Virus record (IMG/VR): IMGVR_UViG_3300032087_006588
Coordinates: 1-24,659 of that record
Direction: 5' to 3' (one strand)
DNA length: 24,659 bases
Source of the DNA: a virus
Taxonomy: Duplodnaviria > Caudoviricetes
The translations under genes were made by a program, and so were the position numbers. Position 1 is the first letter of the stretch, and every line of letters begins with the position of its first letter. Shown here in pieces: positions 9,669 through 18,172 of the stretch. Under the pieces are notes generated by a model. The model was not told where the DNA came from, did not search any database, and saw nothing but the letters and a program-made list of their open reading frames with translations.

Positions 9669-10946
9669 TTACAATACCTTACTAGCATAAGTTGCCAAAG
9701 CTGATCTTTCACCTCTTTCAAGATAGACTTGAGCAGAAAGCTCGCTGGATCTAAACCTGTCTATCGTAACAGAGAGACCGTTCGACCTCTTATCTAGATA
9801 GGGTGTGTCGATCTGATCTGTATCTCCCATCAAAACTATTTTCGATCCTTCGCCGATTCTAGTTATGATGGTCTTAAGTTCATGAATACTTGCATTTTGA
9901 GCTTCATCAACTATTATAAAAGCATTGTTAAAAGTTCTTCCTCTTATAAAGGAAAGAGGAGCTATCTCTATTTGACCTTTGTCTATCATCGCCTCAAAGT
10001 ATGTCTTATCTTTGAAGTGATGTCTAAAGTTATCCATCAAAGGAGAGAGCCAGGGGTCCATTTTTTCTTTGACATCACCTGGCAAAAATCCGATATCTCT
10101 ACCCACGGGCTCTATGTTTCTAGTTACAACTATTCTTTCATATCTGTCAGAAAGAAGTGCGTCAAGCCCTGCCATCAACGTTAAGAAAGTTTTACCTGAT
10201 CCTGCCCTTCCTGTAAGAGAAACTAGAGGTATTGAGTCATCGTTTAGAACAAACCACGCAAACTTCTGTTCTTTGTTGCGAGGTTTAACGTCTGTTGAAC
10301 CGTTCGAAGTATCAGGTATTGAACATAGGTTTCCTTTTCTGTGAAACACTAGAGCTGATTTTCCTTGTGTGGCACCCTGTGCTACGATGAATTCATTCTC
10401 ATCAAATTCTGATTCTGCTTCAATAAATCCGTCTCTGTATAGATCGTTAATTTGAGCATCTGTTAGATCTATTGATCTGTTAGATTCTTCATATATTTTT
10501 TCACCAGTTAGGTGATCTTTGTAATAATCTTCAGCTTCGAGTCCTAGGGCATCACACTTGACTCTTAGATTTATGTCTTTTGTTATAACCTTGACCACAT
10601 TTTGATCCGTCTTGAGGCTTAAAGCTGCGGCTATGATCTGGTTGTCTCCTCTTTCGTCGTCAAGTCCCGTAGCAACATCAGGAGAAGTGATCAAAACTCT
10701 TACAGTCTGATCTTCTTCTTCTATCATAATCCCCTGATCAAGTCTTCCCATTCCTCTGAGAAAATCTAAAAATCGATTTACGTACCGAGCATTCTCACCC
10801 AGAAGCCCGGGTTTTTCTTTAAATCTGTCAAGTTCATCCAGAACGACAAGCGGTATCACTACGTCATTTCCCGAAAAAGAGTGAATAGATTCTTTATCGT
10901 AAAGTAGTACAGAGGTGTCTACTATCAATGTTTTTCTTAAATTCAT
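9669..10946 (-). CDS. phoH: PhoH-family ATPase with N-terminal PIN domain (PhoH2/YlaK-like)
   Basis: PIN motifs IVDTSVLL, VVLDELD, DNQII, ITKDINLRVK; Walker A GRAGSGKT; PhoH motifs IGFLPGD, APLSFIRGRTF, IVDEAQN, GDTDQID. Confidence 0.93.
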   Translation of the reverse strand: MNLRKTLIVDTSVLLYDKESIHSFSGNDVVIPLVVLDELDRFKEKPGLLGENARYVNRFLDFLRGMGRLDQGIMIEEEDQTVRVLITSPDVATGLDDERGDNQIIAAALSLKTDQNVVKVITKDINLRVKCDALGLEAEDYYKDHLTGEKIYEESNRSIDLTDAQINDLYRDGFIEAESEFDENEFIVAQGATQGKSALVFHRKGNLCSIPDTSNGSTDVKPRNKEQKFAWFVLNDDSIPLVSLTGRAGSGKTFLTLMAGLDALLSDRYERIVVTRNIEPVGRDIGFLPGDVKEKMDPWLSPLMDNFRHHFKDKTYFEAMIDKGQIEIAPLSFIRGRTFNNAFIIVDEAQNASIHELKTIITRIGEGSKIVLMGDTDQIDTPYLDKRSNGLSVTIDRFRSSELSAQVYLERGERSALATYASKVL

Positions 10947-10996
10947 TGTAAATCTCCAGTAGAAGGACTAAATGTTATTTTAAGTAATGGAGTCAT

Positions 10997-11260
10997 ATGA
11001 GTAATCTAAAAGATTTTGTTTGTGTTAAAAAAGTAAAAAATTCCAACTCTCCTTGCGAAGAGAAGGGGTGCCGGCACTGGATTTCTTGTTCGAGTGATCT
11101 TAATTGTTCTATAATAGCTTCTGAGGCGGGACCTAAAACTTTGCAAGAAATAGGAGACTATTACGGTATTTCTAGGATGAGAGTATGTCAAATTGAAAAA
11201 GCCCTTATGGAGAGGCTAAAGAACTCTAAGTTCTTCGAAGAGTTCAACCCTTCATCCTGA
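10997..11260 (+). CDS. Small Cys-rich protein with a sigma70 region-4-like helix-turn-helix
   Basis: TLQEIGDYYGISRMRVCQIEKALMERL matches the RpoD region 4.2 pattern (TLEEVG..FDVTRERIRQIE.KALRKL). The N-terminal half has five Cys. GGAG Shine-Dalgarno lies upstream of ATG 10997. Confidence 0.8.
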   Translation: MSNLKDFVCVKKVKNSNSPCEEKGCRHWISCSSDLNCSIIASEAGPKTLQEIGDYYGISRMRVCQIEKALMERLKNSKFFEEFNPSS

Positions 11261-12397
11261 CAACATGCATATTGCAATAAGGCCTGGAACTTTTTCCTTT
11301 ATATAGACACCAGAGAAAAGCGTGTCAGTTCTTCCACCGACATAAGAAAATGCTGCCTCTAAGTTTTTGCTAATCTTAGGATCTGAAGCCATTTCAGTGT
11401 TAGGCACTAATAGAAGGGATCCTGTCTTAGTGTGAGAAGGAGGAGGAGGACAAGGTGATGACTTTATGCAACCTGCTAAAACCTCTGAGCCTAGGTCTCT
11501 TCTATCAGTGTCTCTTATTACCGTGCTTCCTACTACATGCCTCCCCGGAGTAGAAAGACATTTTTCTAGATCTTTTGAGTCAAATGTCTGAACATCAGAA
11601 TGAGTTGCAGCAAGCTTAAAGATTTGAGAAAGAAGCTTGGCGAAGTTCTTGTTTGCTACAGGTAGAAGATTTAACATTCCCACTTTGTTTCTAAGAAGAG
11701 TTAGCTGTCTTTCGTTGTCTATTATTATGTGAGGATACGGTGACACATCCTTTAATAGTTCTTCAAAGTTAGACTTTATCGTAGAGTTTAAAAGTTCTTG
11801 AGAACTAGGTTTTGAAACAATGTAAAAAACCTTTCCGGAAGCATTGATAGAAGTCAGATATCTTTCGAGTCCTCCGTGCAGAACTGAACATGCGCTTCCT
11901 GTTCCACCACCACCTCCAGCTAAGACAAAAATCCAGTCAGGGGCTCCGAGTCTAGCTCTAACGGCATCCTCAACTAGAGTACTGTTTTCCCCAAGTATCT
12001 TCTTGCCCAGATTTACATCTTTGCCCACGCCATCGGCGCCAGGTATGAGAAGAAAGTTTTCTGACTCAACACCATCAGGCTGATCTTTTTCTGTTGTGTT
12101 TACTAGTAACGATCTACTAAAACCCACGTCTATAAAAGCTTTTGCAAGCTTTCCCCCTCCGCCCCCAACTCCTATAAAAGCACACTCAATAGCACTTTCA
12201 GCAGAGTTTTCGGGTAAGAGTTCGGACGTGTCTTCTTTTACATCTTCTGAATATGCATCTACGAAATCAAATTCGTCTTCAAATTCGCTCACTTCTTTAC
12301 CTCCTTCTGAAGAAATTAAATCTTTTTCAAAAGACTCTTTTCTATTTTTTCTTTTTTTCTCAACAAACTTTAGTGATCTAGAAACAGAGCTTCCCAT
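11252..12397 (-). CDS. FtsZ/tubulin-family GTPase (phage tubulin-like); alternative GTG start at 12292
   Basis: FIGVGGGGGK, LLVNT, DGVGKD, the tubulin signature AGGGGGTGS, IIIDNE and a T7-loop-like TFDSKDL. It ends at LIAICMLSG with no FtsZ C-terminal tail, and there is no dcw-cluster context. Confidence 0.9.
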   Translation of the reverse strand: MGSSVSRSLKFVEKKRKNRKESFEKDLISSEGGKEVSEFEDEFDFVDAYSEDVKEDTSELLPENSAESAIECAFIGVGGGGGKLAKAFIDVGFSRSLLVNTTEKDQPDGVESENFLLIPGADGVGKDVNLGKKILGENSTLVEDAVRARLGAPDWIFVLAGGGGGTGSACSVLHGGLERYLTSINASGKVFYIVSKPSSQELLNSTIKSNFEELLKDVSPYPHIIIDNERQLTLLRNKVGMLNLLPVANKNFAKLLSQIFKLAATHSDVQTFDSKDLEKCLSTPGRHVVGSTVIRDTDRRDLGSEVLAGCIKSSPCPPPPSHTKTGSLLLVPNTEMASDPKISKNLEAAFSYVGGRTDTLFSGVYIKEKVPGLIAICMLSG

Positions 12398-12452
12398 ATT
12401 ATCTCATCTTTCTAGAGATAAATATATTTGCTGAGACACTCTAAGAGGATTA

Positions 12453-12647
12453 TTATTTTCTCTCTTTTTCAACAGATATCGTTGTCTTAACCAGTTCTGC
12501 TGACTTAGTCTTTAGGAGTCTTAGTCCTCTTCTAGCTCTGACACCTGCCGAAGCGTTTCCGCCTGCATTCTTCATTACGTCAAGGTCAAGAGACTCAACA
12601 AGGGTCTTGATTTCTGCCCAAAGTTCACGTATGTTCGATTCTGACAT
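12453..12647 (-). CDS. Histone H1-like (Hc1-type) small nucleoid protein
   Basis: 64 aa, helical, with 'GNASAGVRARRGL', matching the GNKAAGxRARK signature of Hc1-family proteins. AGGAG Shine-Dalgarno upstream. Confidence 0.75.
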   Translation of the reverse strand: MSESNIRELWAEIKTLVESLDLDVMKNAGGNASAGVRARRGLRLLKTKSAELVKTTISVEKERK

Positions 12648-12658
12648 CTTAGTTTCTC

Positions 12659-12889
12659 CTATATTTCTATTTTGTTTGTTGAAGTGTCTTCTTCGTTTTC
12701 GGAGAAGATTTCACATATCTTCACCATTACTTCTCTATCTTCTAGCTCCAATGCTAAAAGTTTGATAATTTTCTTTTTTTGAAATTCGTTAACCCCGAAG
12801 TTTAGAATTTCATGGACGATCTCTCTAGCTTTGATGCTATCCAAGACATCTCTTTTTTGTTCTATTTCTTCCTTAGTAAGTTTGCTCAT
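12659..12889 (-). CDS. Hypothetical protein (76 aa, helical, charged)
   Basis: ATG abuts the upstream stop; fills the gap in a tightly packed operon. Confidence 0.7.
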   Translation of the reverse strand: MSKLTKEEIEQKRDVLDSIKAREIVHEILNFGVNEFQKKKIIKLLALELEDREVMVKICEIFSENEEDTSTNKIEI

Positions 12890-13408
12890 TTAAAAACTCG
12901 TTTTCTGAGTGTATGACTCAACTCTAAATTTTTCCGGTCCAAGAAATCGTACGGATTTACCTTGAATGTTCTCTTCCATCTCTTCTTTTGAGAGAACTAT
13001 TGTTGACTCCCATTCTTCATTATCAATAATGTACTGCGCGTATTCGTAGTCACAAAGCTCTCTCTGATATTGACCTAGAAGTTCAAATAAAGAGCTAGGT
13101 AGAGAAAACTTAAAATCCTCTATCGAAAGAATTGACCTCATGTCTTCCTTTCCTGTCACAATCTCAGACTTACAAACATCGTAAACCCTGTGAGTAGCTC
13201 CACAGTTATTGCAAGTAGCGTACTTAGTAACAACTGTGTCACTTTCATCGATTATTGAAAAAACTACAAATCTATGAAACACAGGGTCTGATGCATTTTT
13301 AAATTGCGGCAAAATACAATGACACTGAACTAGGTGTTTTATGCCTTTTGTGCTAGAGATCTTTTTCAATTCTAGATACCAGGCTATCCATTTGTTGATA
13401 AAGAACAC
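12890..13408 (-). CDS. Putative Zn-binding protein; true start likely TTG 13369
   Basis: CHC ... CNNC..TH....C cluster. The annotated start overlaps the upstream gene by 56 nt, so the later TTG is more plausible. Confidence 0.7.
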   Translation of the reverse strand: MFFINKWIAWYLELKKISSTKGIKHLVQCHCILPQFKNASDPVFHRFVVFSIIDESDTVVTKYATCNNCGATHRVYDVCKSEIVTGKEDMRSILSIEDFKFSLPSSLFELLGQYQRELCDYEYAQYIIDNEEWESTIVLSKEEMEENIQGKSVRFLGPEKFRVESYTQKTSF

Positions 13409-13550
13409 CTTTGATTGATCTCATTACTTGTTCAACAGTTTCTCGAGACTCAGTACCAAGTTCTTTAAAAACTTCACTAGTAATGCTTGACTCGATTACG
13501 TCTCTTGTCTCAAAAACAGATCTGAGTATTTTGTTTTTTTGTGAACTCAT
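13353..13550 (-). CDS. Hypothetical protein (65 aa, helical)
   Basis: ATG with AAGGAG Shine-Dalgarno (+ strand ctcctt 13558-13563). Confidence 0.7.
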   Translation of the reverse strand: MSSQKNKILRSVFETRDVIESSITSEVFKELGTESRETVEQVMRSIKGVLYQQMDSLVSRIEKDL

Positions 13551-13595
13551 AAAATTTCTCCTTGATTTTATGCTGTGATTAACTATTAAAAAAAA

Positions 13596-14717
13596 CTATT
13601 TCTCTTGTAAAACTAGACAAGAAGTGTTATTTAGATTTTTTTCCAAAGATTGAGCTGATCTCTTTGCCACTCTAAAGCATTTCGAAGAAAAAACACCAAG
13701 ATTATTTGATAAAAGAAAAGAACCTGAGAATCCTGATTCTTTTGTATGAATCATTGAGTAATTTATTCTGTCTTGCAAGACCCCTAGAACAGATTTGAAA
13801 TGAACAGGAACAGAAACTGAAATCTCCCGCTCAGACGAACTAATACCTGAAATTGCGACTTTGTTTTGACCCAAGCTTACATTATGGCAGAAGTCAAACG
13901 AGTCAGAAGAAAGAGTCCTCATTAACAAATGATTTTCAACGTTAAAAAAACCTTGATGGTTCGCAAATCTTTCAAAGTATTCTATGTCTCCTTTGAGGAC
14001 TATCGGGAAAACATATAGTCTTCTGCTAGCATGATTTTCGCTCAAAGTGTGAGAGACTTCGGGTGAAAAGCCCCTTGCAAATATTACAAAGTTTTTCTTT
14101 GTTTTTGAAAGTGATTGCAAAAGAGAGTCTATTTCACTCACCGACTCTAGAATACCGTCCAAAAAAATAACACCAGCATCTGTTATTTCACTTTTCCTAG
14201 TAGAAAACATCTCAGAAACATAACCGTTTAACACTAGACTAGGAGAAGATCTAACTACGGGTTGAAAAGCCATTTCAGAGGGCGATATTTTAACTCTAGA
14301 GCTAACAGAACTCTTTTCTAATATAGAACTAGCTATTCTGTAAGAAACACCGTTTCCGACTAGGTTCCTTAAACTTTTTAAAATAACTTCTTTTTCTACT
14401 CTTTCGTATTTTTTCTCGATTTCTATAGGATCTCTTTCGAAAAACATCTTTAGACAAAGAAAACCAGACCCGGGAGACATAGATTCAGAAGTTAGAACTG
14501 CCTCAAGGATAATATTTCTTATCCCTATTTCTGCTTTGTCTAAAAAAGGCAAATGAGAAAGAATTCTAACAATGTCAGACTTTTGTGCTCTTACGGGCCT
14601 TCCTCCGTAATTAAAAGAAAGACTTCCCTCCTCAAGCCTAGTAAGGGTTTTGTGTATTTTTCTAAGGACAGAGTTTTTATGAAGATTGATATCTTCTCTC
14701 ACGATGCGAGATTTCAA
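13596..14717 (-). CDS. Degenerate GroEL/chaperonin-like protein (373 aa)
   Basis: Collinear resemblance to GroEL by eye. 'FLDKAEIGIRNIILEAV' aligns with LEDKFENMGAQMVKEVA. 'VIFLDGILESVSEIDSLLQSLSKTKKNFVIFARGFSPEVSHTLSEN' aligns with the apical-domain [46 protein letters not shown]. 'LQDRINYSMIHTK' aligns with KKARVEDALHATR. GDGTTT is absent. TTG start after AAAGG. Confidence 0.65.
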   Translation of the reverse strand: MKSRIVREDINLHKNSVLRKIHKTLTRLEEGSLSFNYGGRPVRAQKSDIVRILSHLPFLDKAEIGIRNIILEAVLTSESMSPGSGFLCLKMFFERDPIEIEKKYERVEKEVILKSLRNLVGNGVSYRIASSILEKSSVSSRVKISPSEMAFQPVVRSSPSLVLNGYVSEMFSTRKSEITDAGVIFLDGILESVSEIDSLLQSLSKTKKNFVIFARGFSPEVSHTLSENHASRRLYVFPIVLKGDIEYFERFANHQGFFNVENHLLMRTLSSDSFDFCHNVSLGQNKVAISGISSSEREISVSVPVHFKSVLGVLQDRINYSMIHTKESGFSGSFLLSNNLGVFSSKCFRVAKRSAQSLEKNLNNTSCLVLQEK

Positions 14718-14727
14718 GGTAAAACCT

Positions 14728-14895
14728 TTAGTCTTTTTCTTTTTCTAGAACAGTGTTTCCGTACCAGGTTGTATATCTAAAGAATCCTGAAAAAACTCCG
14801 ATCCCTAGCATTATCCAGCCTTCGGTTATTCGACCCGAAGATATCATATAAGTTCCAGCAAGAACCAGGGATTCGGAAATTCCAAATGAACACAT
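14728..14895 (-). CDS. Small putative membrane protein (55 aa), translationally coupled to prkA
   Basis: Not in the ORF track (shorter than any ORF it lists). ATG overlaps the prkA stop (TAATG). Translation: MCSFGISESLVLAGTYMISSGRITEGWIMLGIGVFSGFFRYTTWYGNTVLEKEKD*. It fills almost all of the gap before the GroEL-like gene. Confidence 0.7.
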   Translation of the reverse strand: MCSFGISESLVLAGTYMISSGRITEGWIMLGIGVFSGFFRYTTWYGNTVLEKEKD

Positions 14896-16826
14896 TAGCT
14901 ATCTCTCCACAAGTTGTTAGAAGCATAAGCCAGTATCTCTTCAGCACTGTCGGCTGTGTAACCATATTCGTCTATCATGGTCTGGACCATTTCACTATAC
15001 TTCTTCTTTTGTTCTTCGTCTCTAGTCTTAGACTTAGTGACGATTCTTGCCATGTCTTTCACGGAAGAAATCAAGTAAGATTCTATTGCTTCTTTCAGAG
15101 GCTCATAACTTCTATAGTCGATCTTTGTGCCTCTTCTCATTTGAGCAAACATATAAGCAGTAACATCATGCCTGAAGCCGTCTTTAGAAGATCCGGTAAT
15201 TCCAATCTGCTCTTCAATAGATTTCATGTAATTCTCATCAGGATCTCTTTCTTCTTTTGTTACTCTATCTTTAAGAGTTTGATGGGTAACATAAGCTTCT
15301 GCGTTGTCAAGATAAGAGTCAAACAGCGACTGTGCCTGTTCTTCGTATGCGCTGACGAAAGCTTTTGCGATTTCATTCTCTAGGATCTTAAGATATTCTT
15401 CTCTTACGACCTGTTGAATGATCTGTAGACATCTTGTCTTAAATTCTTCGTCAACAATTTGCTCCTTGACCATGTTTGTCAACGACTCCATGACACTTAC
15501 CGGTGTGATAATGTCAGAGTCAGAGTCTGTCAAAGCGTTATCAAGAGCCTTAGTGATAAATCTTGTTGAGATACCGGACATTCCCTCGTTAGTTGTTTCC
15601 TCTCGAAGGTCTTTAATATCTACTTTCTTAACTCTTCCCTTTTCGATAACTTCTTCGCCATTATAAATCTTCATCTTTGTGAGAAGATCACATTTACCAG
15701 ATTCCTTTAGACGACTCATAACTGAGAACATCGCAGCCACCTTGATTGTATGAGGAGCTATGTGAGCCTTGAAATCGGAGAGTCCAAGCATTTTCTCATA
15801 AATTTTAACCTCTTGATCAAGCTCAAGACAATACGGTACATTCACTTTTACGATTCTATCAAGAATAGCTTCGTTTGTATGTTCGCTTTGAAATCGATTC
15901 CACTCTGCTTCGTTGCAGTGAGCTAGGATCACGCCGTCGAAGTGAAGCATGTCGCTTTTTCCAGGAGAAGGAATTCTTTTCTCTTGAGTAGCAGTAATGA
16001 TCGTGTGTAAGAACTCAATTTCATTCTTAAAAACCTCTACAAGCTCTACAATTCCTCGATTTCCCACGTTAAAAGCTCCGTTTAGAGAAAGAGCTCTTGG
16101 GTCATCTTCTGCGTATTCGTCAAGTTTTGAGATATCGACACTGCCAATAAGAACAGAAACATCTTGACTATTGGCGTCCATTGGCGGAACAGACGCTAGT
16201 CCTCTTCTGCCTCTTTGAGAAAAAGTAGTTTCTTTTACCGGGTAATCTTCGTATTTTCCTTTGTAGTTTTCTATGAGATCATAACGAACAACTGGGCTGA
16301 TATCACCATCGATGTTGACACCAAGCTTATCAGAAAATGTGTCTCTTAGGCTTCTAGGAATTAACTGGAGTGGTTCACCTCTCTGAGGGTCTCCTTCAAG
16401 GTGATAATAAGATTCACCCTCCAGACCCCTCTTAATGTGTTCTGTGAGCGCTGATTTACCTGCTCCAACAGGCCCCATTAAAAGTAGAACTTGTCTGCTC
16501 TCTTCACCTCTGTGAGCTGCAGACTTTAAAAATCTCATGATCTTCATAACTACTTTTTCCATTCCAAAGAAATGATCTTTGAAATAGTCATAAACTTTTA
16601 CGTTATCGTTATCGAAGATCCTTGATTTTCTAGGATCAGAACTTGGCATTGACTCGACGCCATGTTTTACCAAAGCATCGTAAAGTCTTTGGTGGCCTGT
16701 CTTAACGAGAGAAGGATCGTTTTGAACTAACTCAAGATAGTCAAGGAAAGTTCCTTCAAACTTTTCCTTCTTCCCTGCTTCTCTCTGAGTTTTTATAACT
16801 TCTAGAAATTCTTTTTTGATACTCAT
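14895..16826 (-). CDS. prkA: PrkA/YeaG-family AAA+ ATPase ('serine protein kinase')
   Basis: FFGMEK, Walker A LLMGPVGAGKS, LNGAFNVGNRGIVELVEVFK (PrkA Walker B region), AHCNEAEW, NEAILDRI, VPYCL, EGMSGISTRF, YLDNAEAY; 643 aa; GGAG Shine-Dalgarno. Confidence 0.95.
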   Translation of the reverse strand: MSIKKEFLEVIKTQREAGKKEKFEGTFLDYLELVQNDPSLVKTGHQRLYDALVKHGVESMPSSDPRKSRIFDNDNVKVYDYFKDHFFGMEKVVMKIMRFLKSAAHRGEESRQVLLLMGPVGAGKSALTEHIKRGLEGESYYHLEGDPQRGEPLQLIPRSLRDTFSDKLGVNIDGDISPVVRYDLIENYKGKYEDYPVKETTFSQRGRRGLASVPPMDANSQDVSVLIGSVDISKLDEYAEDDPRALSLNGAFNVGNRGIVELVEVFKNEIEFLHTIITATQEKRIPSPGKSDMLHFDGVILAHCNEAEWNRFQSEHTNEAILDRIVKVNVPYCLELDQEVKIYEKMLGLSDFKAHIAPHTIKVAAMFSVMSRLKESGKCDLLTKMKIYNGEEVIEKGRVKKVDIKDLREETTNEGMSGISTRFITKALDNALTDSDSDIITPVSVMESLTNMVKEQIVDEEFKTRCLQIIQQVVREEYLKILENEIAKAFVSAYEEQAQSLFDSYLDNAEAYVTHQTLKDRVTKEERDPDENYMKSIEEQIGITGSSKDGFRHDVTAYMFAQMRRGTKIDYRSYEPLKEAIESYLISSVKDMARIVTKSKTRDEEQKKKYSEMVQTMIDEYGYTADSAEEILAYASNNLWRDS

Positions 16827-16861
16827 GTTCTAATAATACTCCAAACCTAAATAGGCGTAAT

Positions 16862-18172
16862 CTATATTTCCCACATTTCTTCTTCGATAAGAGTAAAAAG
16901 TTTTACCTCATCACCCCACAGAGTACGTATGTGCCGAACAACAGCATCGGCATGATCGAGTTCTAAATCTCTTCCATCGTGCTCATGGCGAACGATCAAT
17001 GTATTGTCTTCTTCTATTTCGTCAATGTAAACCACTGGAATACCATTTGTTCCAATATTCGTGATCAAGTCATCTCTGATTCTCATCCATCCATCATCGT
17101 CGTGGATATCATCTATTGTAAATCCTACTTTGTTCTTCTCTGAAAAAGAGAATAATCCAAGCTTTTCACAGAGTTCGTGTGTAAGATACTGTCTGATAAA
17201 AGCGACATCGTGAGAAGATTCTCTTGCAATAAAAGCTTCTTCGATACCATGCTTTTCTATGATATCTTGAAAGATTACAAATCCGAGATGATAAGGGTTC
17301 AAACCACCTAGGTGAGGTCTAATTACCTGGTTGTGCATTTTGAGAAACGGTATGTGCCACTCTTGAGGTAGATCTAGTTCGTGACACAGGGTGTAGTGCC
17401 AGTAACTTGCCCAGCCTTCGTTCATGATCTTTGTTTGAATTTGTGGAATGAAGTAGCTGGCACCATCTCTTACGATATTGATAATATCTCTTTTCCATTC
17501 AGGCATGTTACGCGAGTGTTCTGAAATAAAACCAAGTAGATCATATTCCGGTTCAAGAGGAATCTTGTTCAGATCAAAATTCACGTATTCACCATCCTCA
17601 TCTTCCTTGATCAGTTTGGTGTATTTCTTCACAAGTTGTGCCCGTGATTTTTTAACTCTTCCGTATCGATCTGTTTGAAATTGTATTGCGTGTGCAGCAT
17701 CTAAAACCGCTTCGACTTCTTCGATCCCGATCGTAGGATCCTCTACGTAACCTTGAATCCTCTTTTTCGCGCTGCGTAACCTACCTACGATTGTACCTGG
17801 TCGCGTTTCTTTGAACATCCTATTATTCTTAAAGAAGTCAGAGTGACCAACGCAGTGAGCCATTATCAGTATCTGAAGATACGCTGGGTTTTCTCTCATC
17901 AAGTATGCGATCGAGGGATTACTGTTGATAATCAACTCGTACGGCAAACCTTCCATACCCAGGTTGTACATGGTTCGTGTTCTTTCGAAACTCTTTCCAT
18001 AGGACCAGTGACCATAGTGAGTTGGCATGCCATGATACGCCATGTGACCAATCATCGAATAGTAATCACAAACTTCATAGGTGATGGGAAACCAGTCCAA
18101 ACCTTTTTTCTTTGCCAGTTCGGATATCTTCTCATCCCACTCTTCTAATAGTTTAAAATCCCAATCCATCAT
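16862..18172 (-). CDS. spoVR: SpoVR/YcgB-family protein
   Basis: GMPTHYGHWSYGKSF, GLPYELIINSNPSIAYLM, AHCVGHSDFFKNN, YFIPQIQTKIMNEGWASYWH, LNPYHLG, HEHDGRDL. ATGA overlap with yeaH; GGAGG Shine-Dalgarno. Confidence 0.95.
   Translation of the reverse strand: MMDWDFKLLEEWDEKISELAKKKGLDWFPITYEVCDYYSMIGHMAYHGMPTHYGHWSYGKSFERTRTMYNLGMEGLPYELIINSNPSIAYLMRENPAYLQILIMAHCVGHSDFFKNNRMFKETRPGTIVGRLRSAKKRIQGYVEDPTIGIEEVEAVLDAAHAIQFQTDRYGRVKKSRAQLVKKYTKLIKEDEDGEYVNFDLNKIPLEPEYDLLGFISEHSRNMPEWKRDIINIVRDGASYFIPQIQTKIMNEGWASYWHYTLCHELDLPQEWHIPFLKMHNQVIRPHLGGLNPYHLGFVIFQDIIEKHGIEEAFIARESSHDVAFIRQYLTHELCEKLGLFSFSEKNKVGFTIDDIHDDDGWMRIRDDLITNIGTNGIPVVYIDEIEEDNTLIVRHEHDGRDLELDHADAVVRHIRTLWGDEVKLFTLIEEEMWEI

Noticed and set aside
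11252-12397. Calling the gene ftsZ or phuZ, or inferring a nucleus-forming phage
   Set aside because: There is no FtsZ C-terminal peptide or dcw context, and no chimallin was recognised in the window. The subfamily needs a phylogeny.
861-12434. Plus-strand ORFs such as 861-1211, 2413-2844, 6840-7118, 7359-7640, 8862-9197, 11844-12083 and 12096-12434
   Set aside because: They are antisense shadows of long minus-strand genes. Their Pro/Glu/Thr-rich content mirrors Gly/Ser codons, and they show no motifs.
14777-14965. 62-aa minus-strand ORF in the track
   Set aside because: It overlaps the prkA 3' end by 71 nt. The 55-aa TAATG-coupled ORF fits the gap better.
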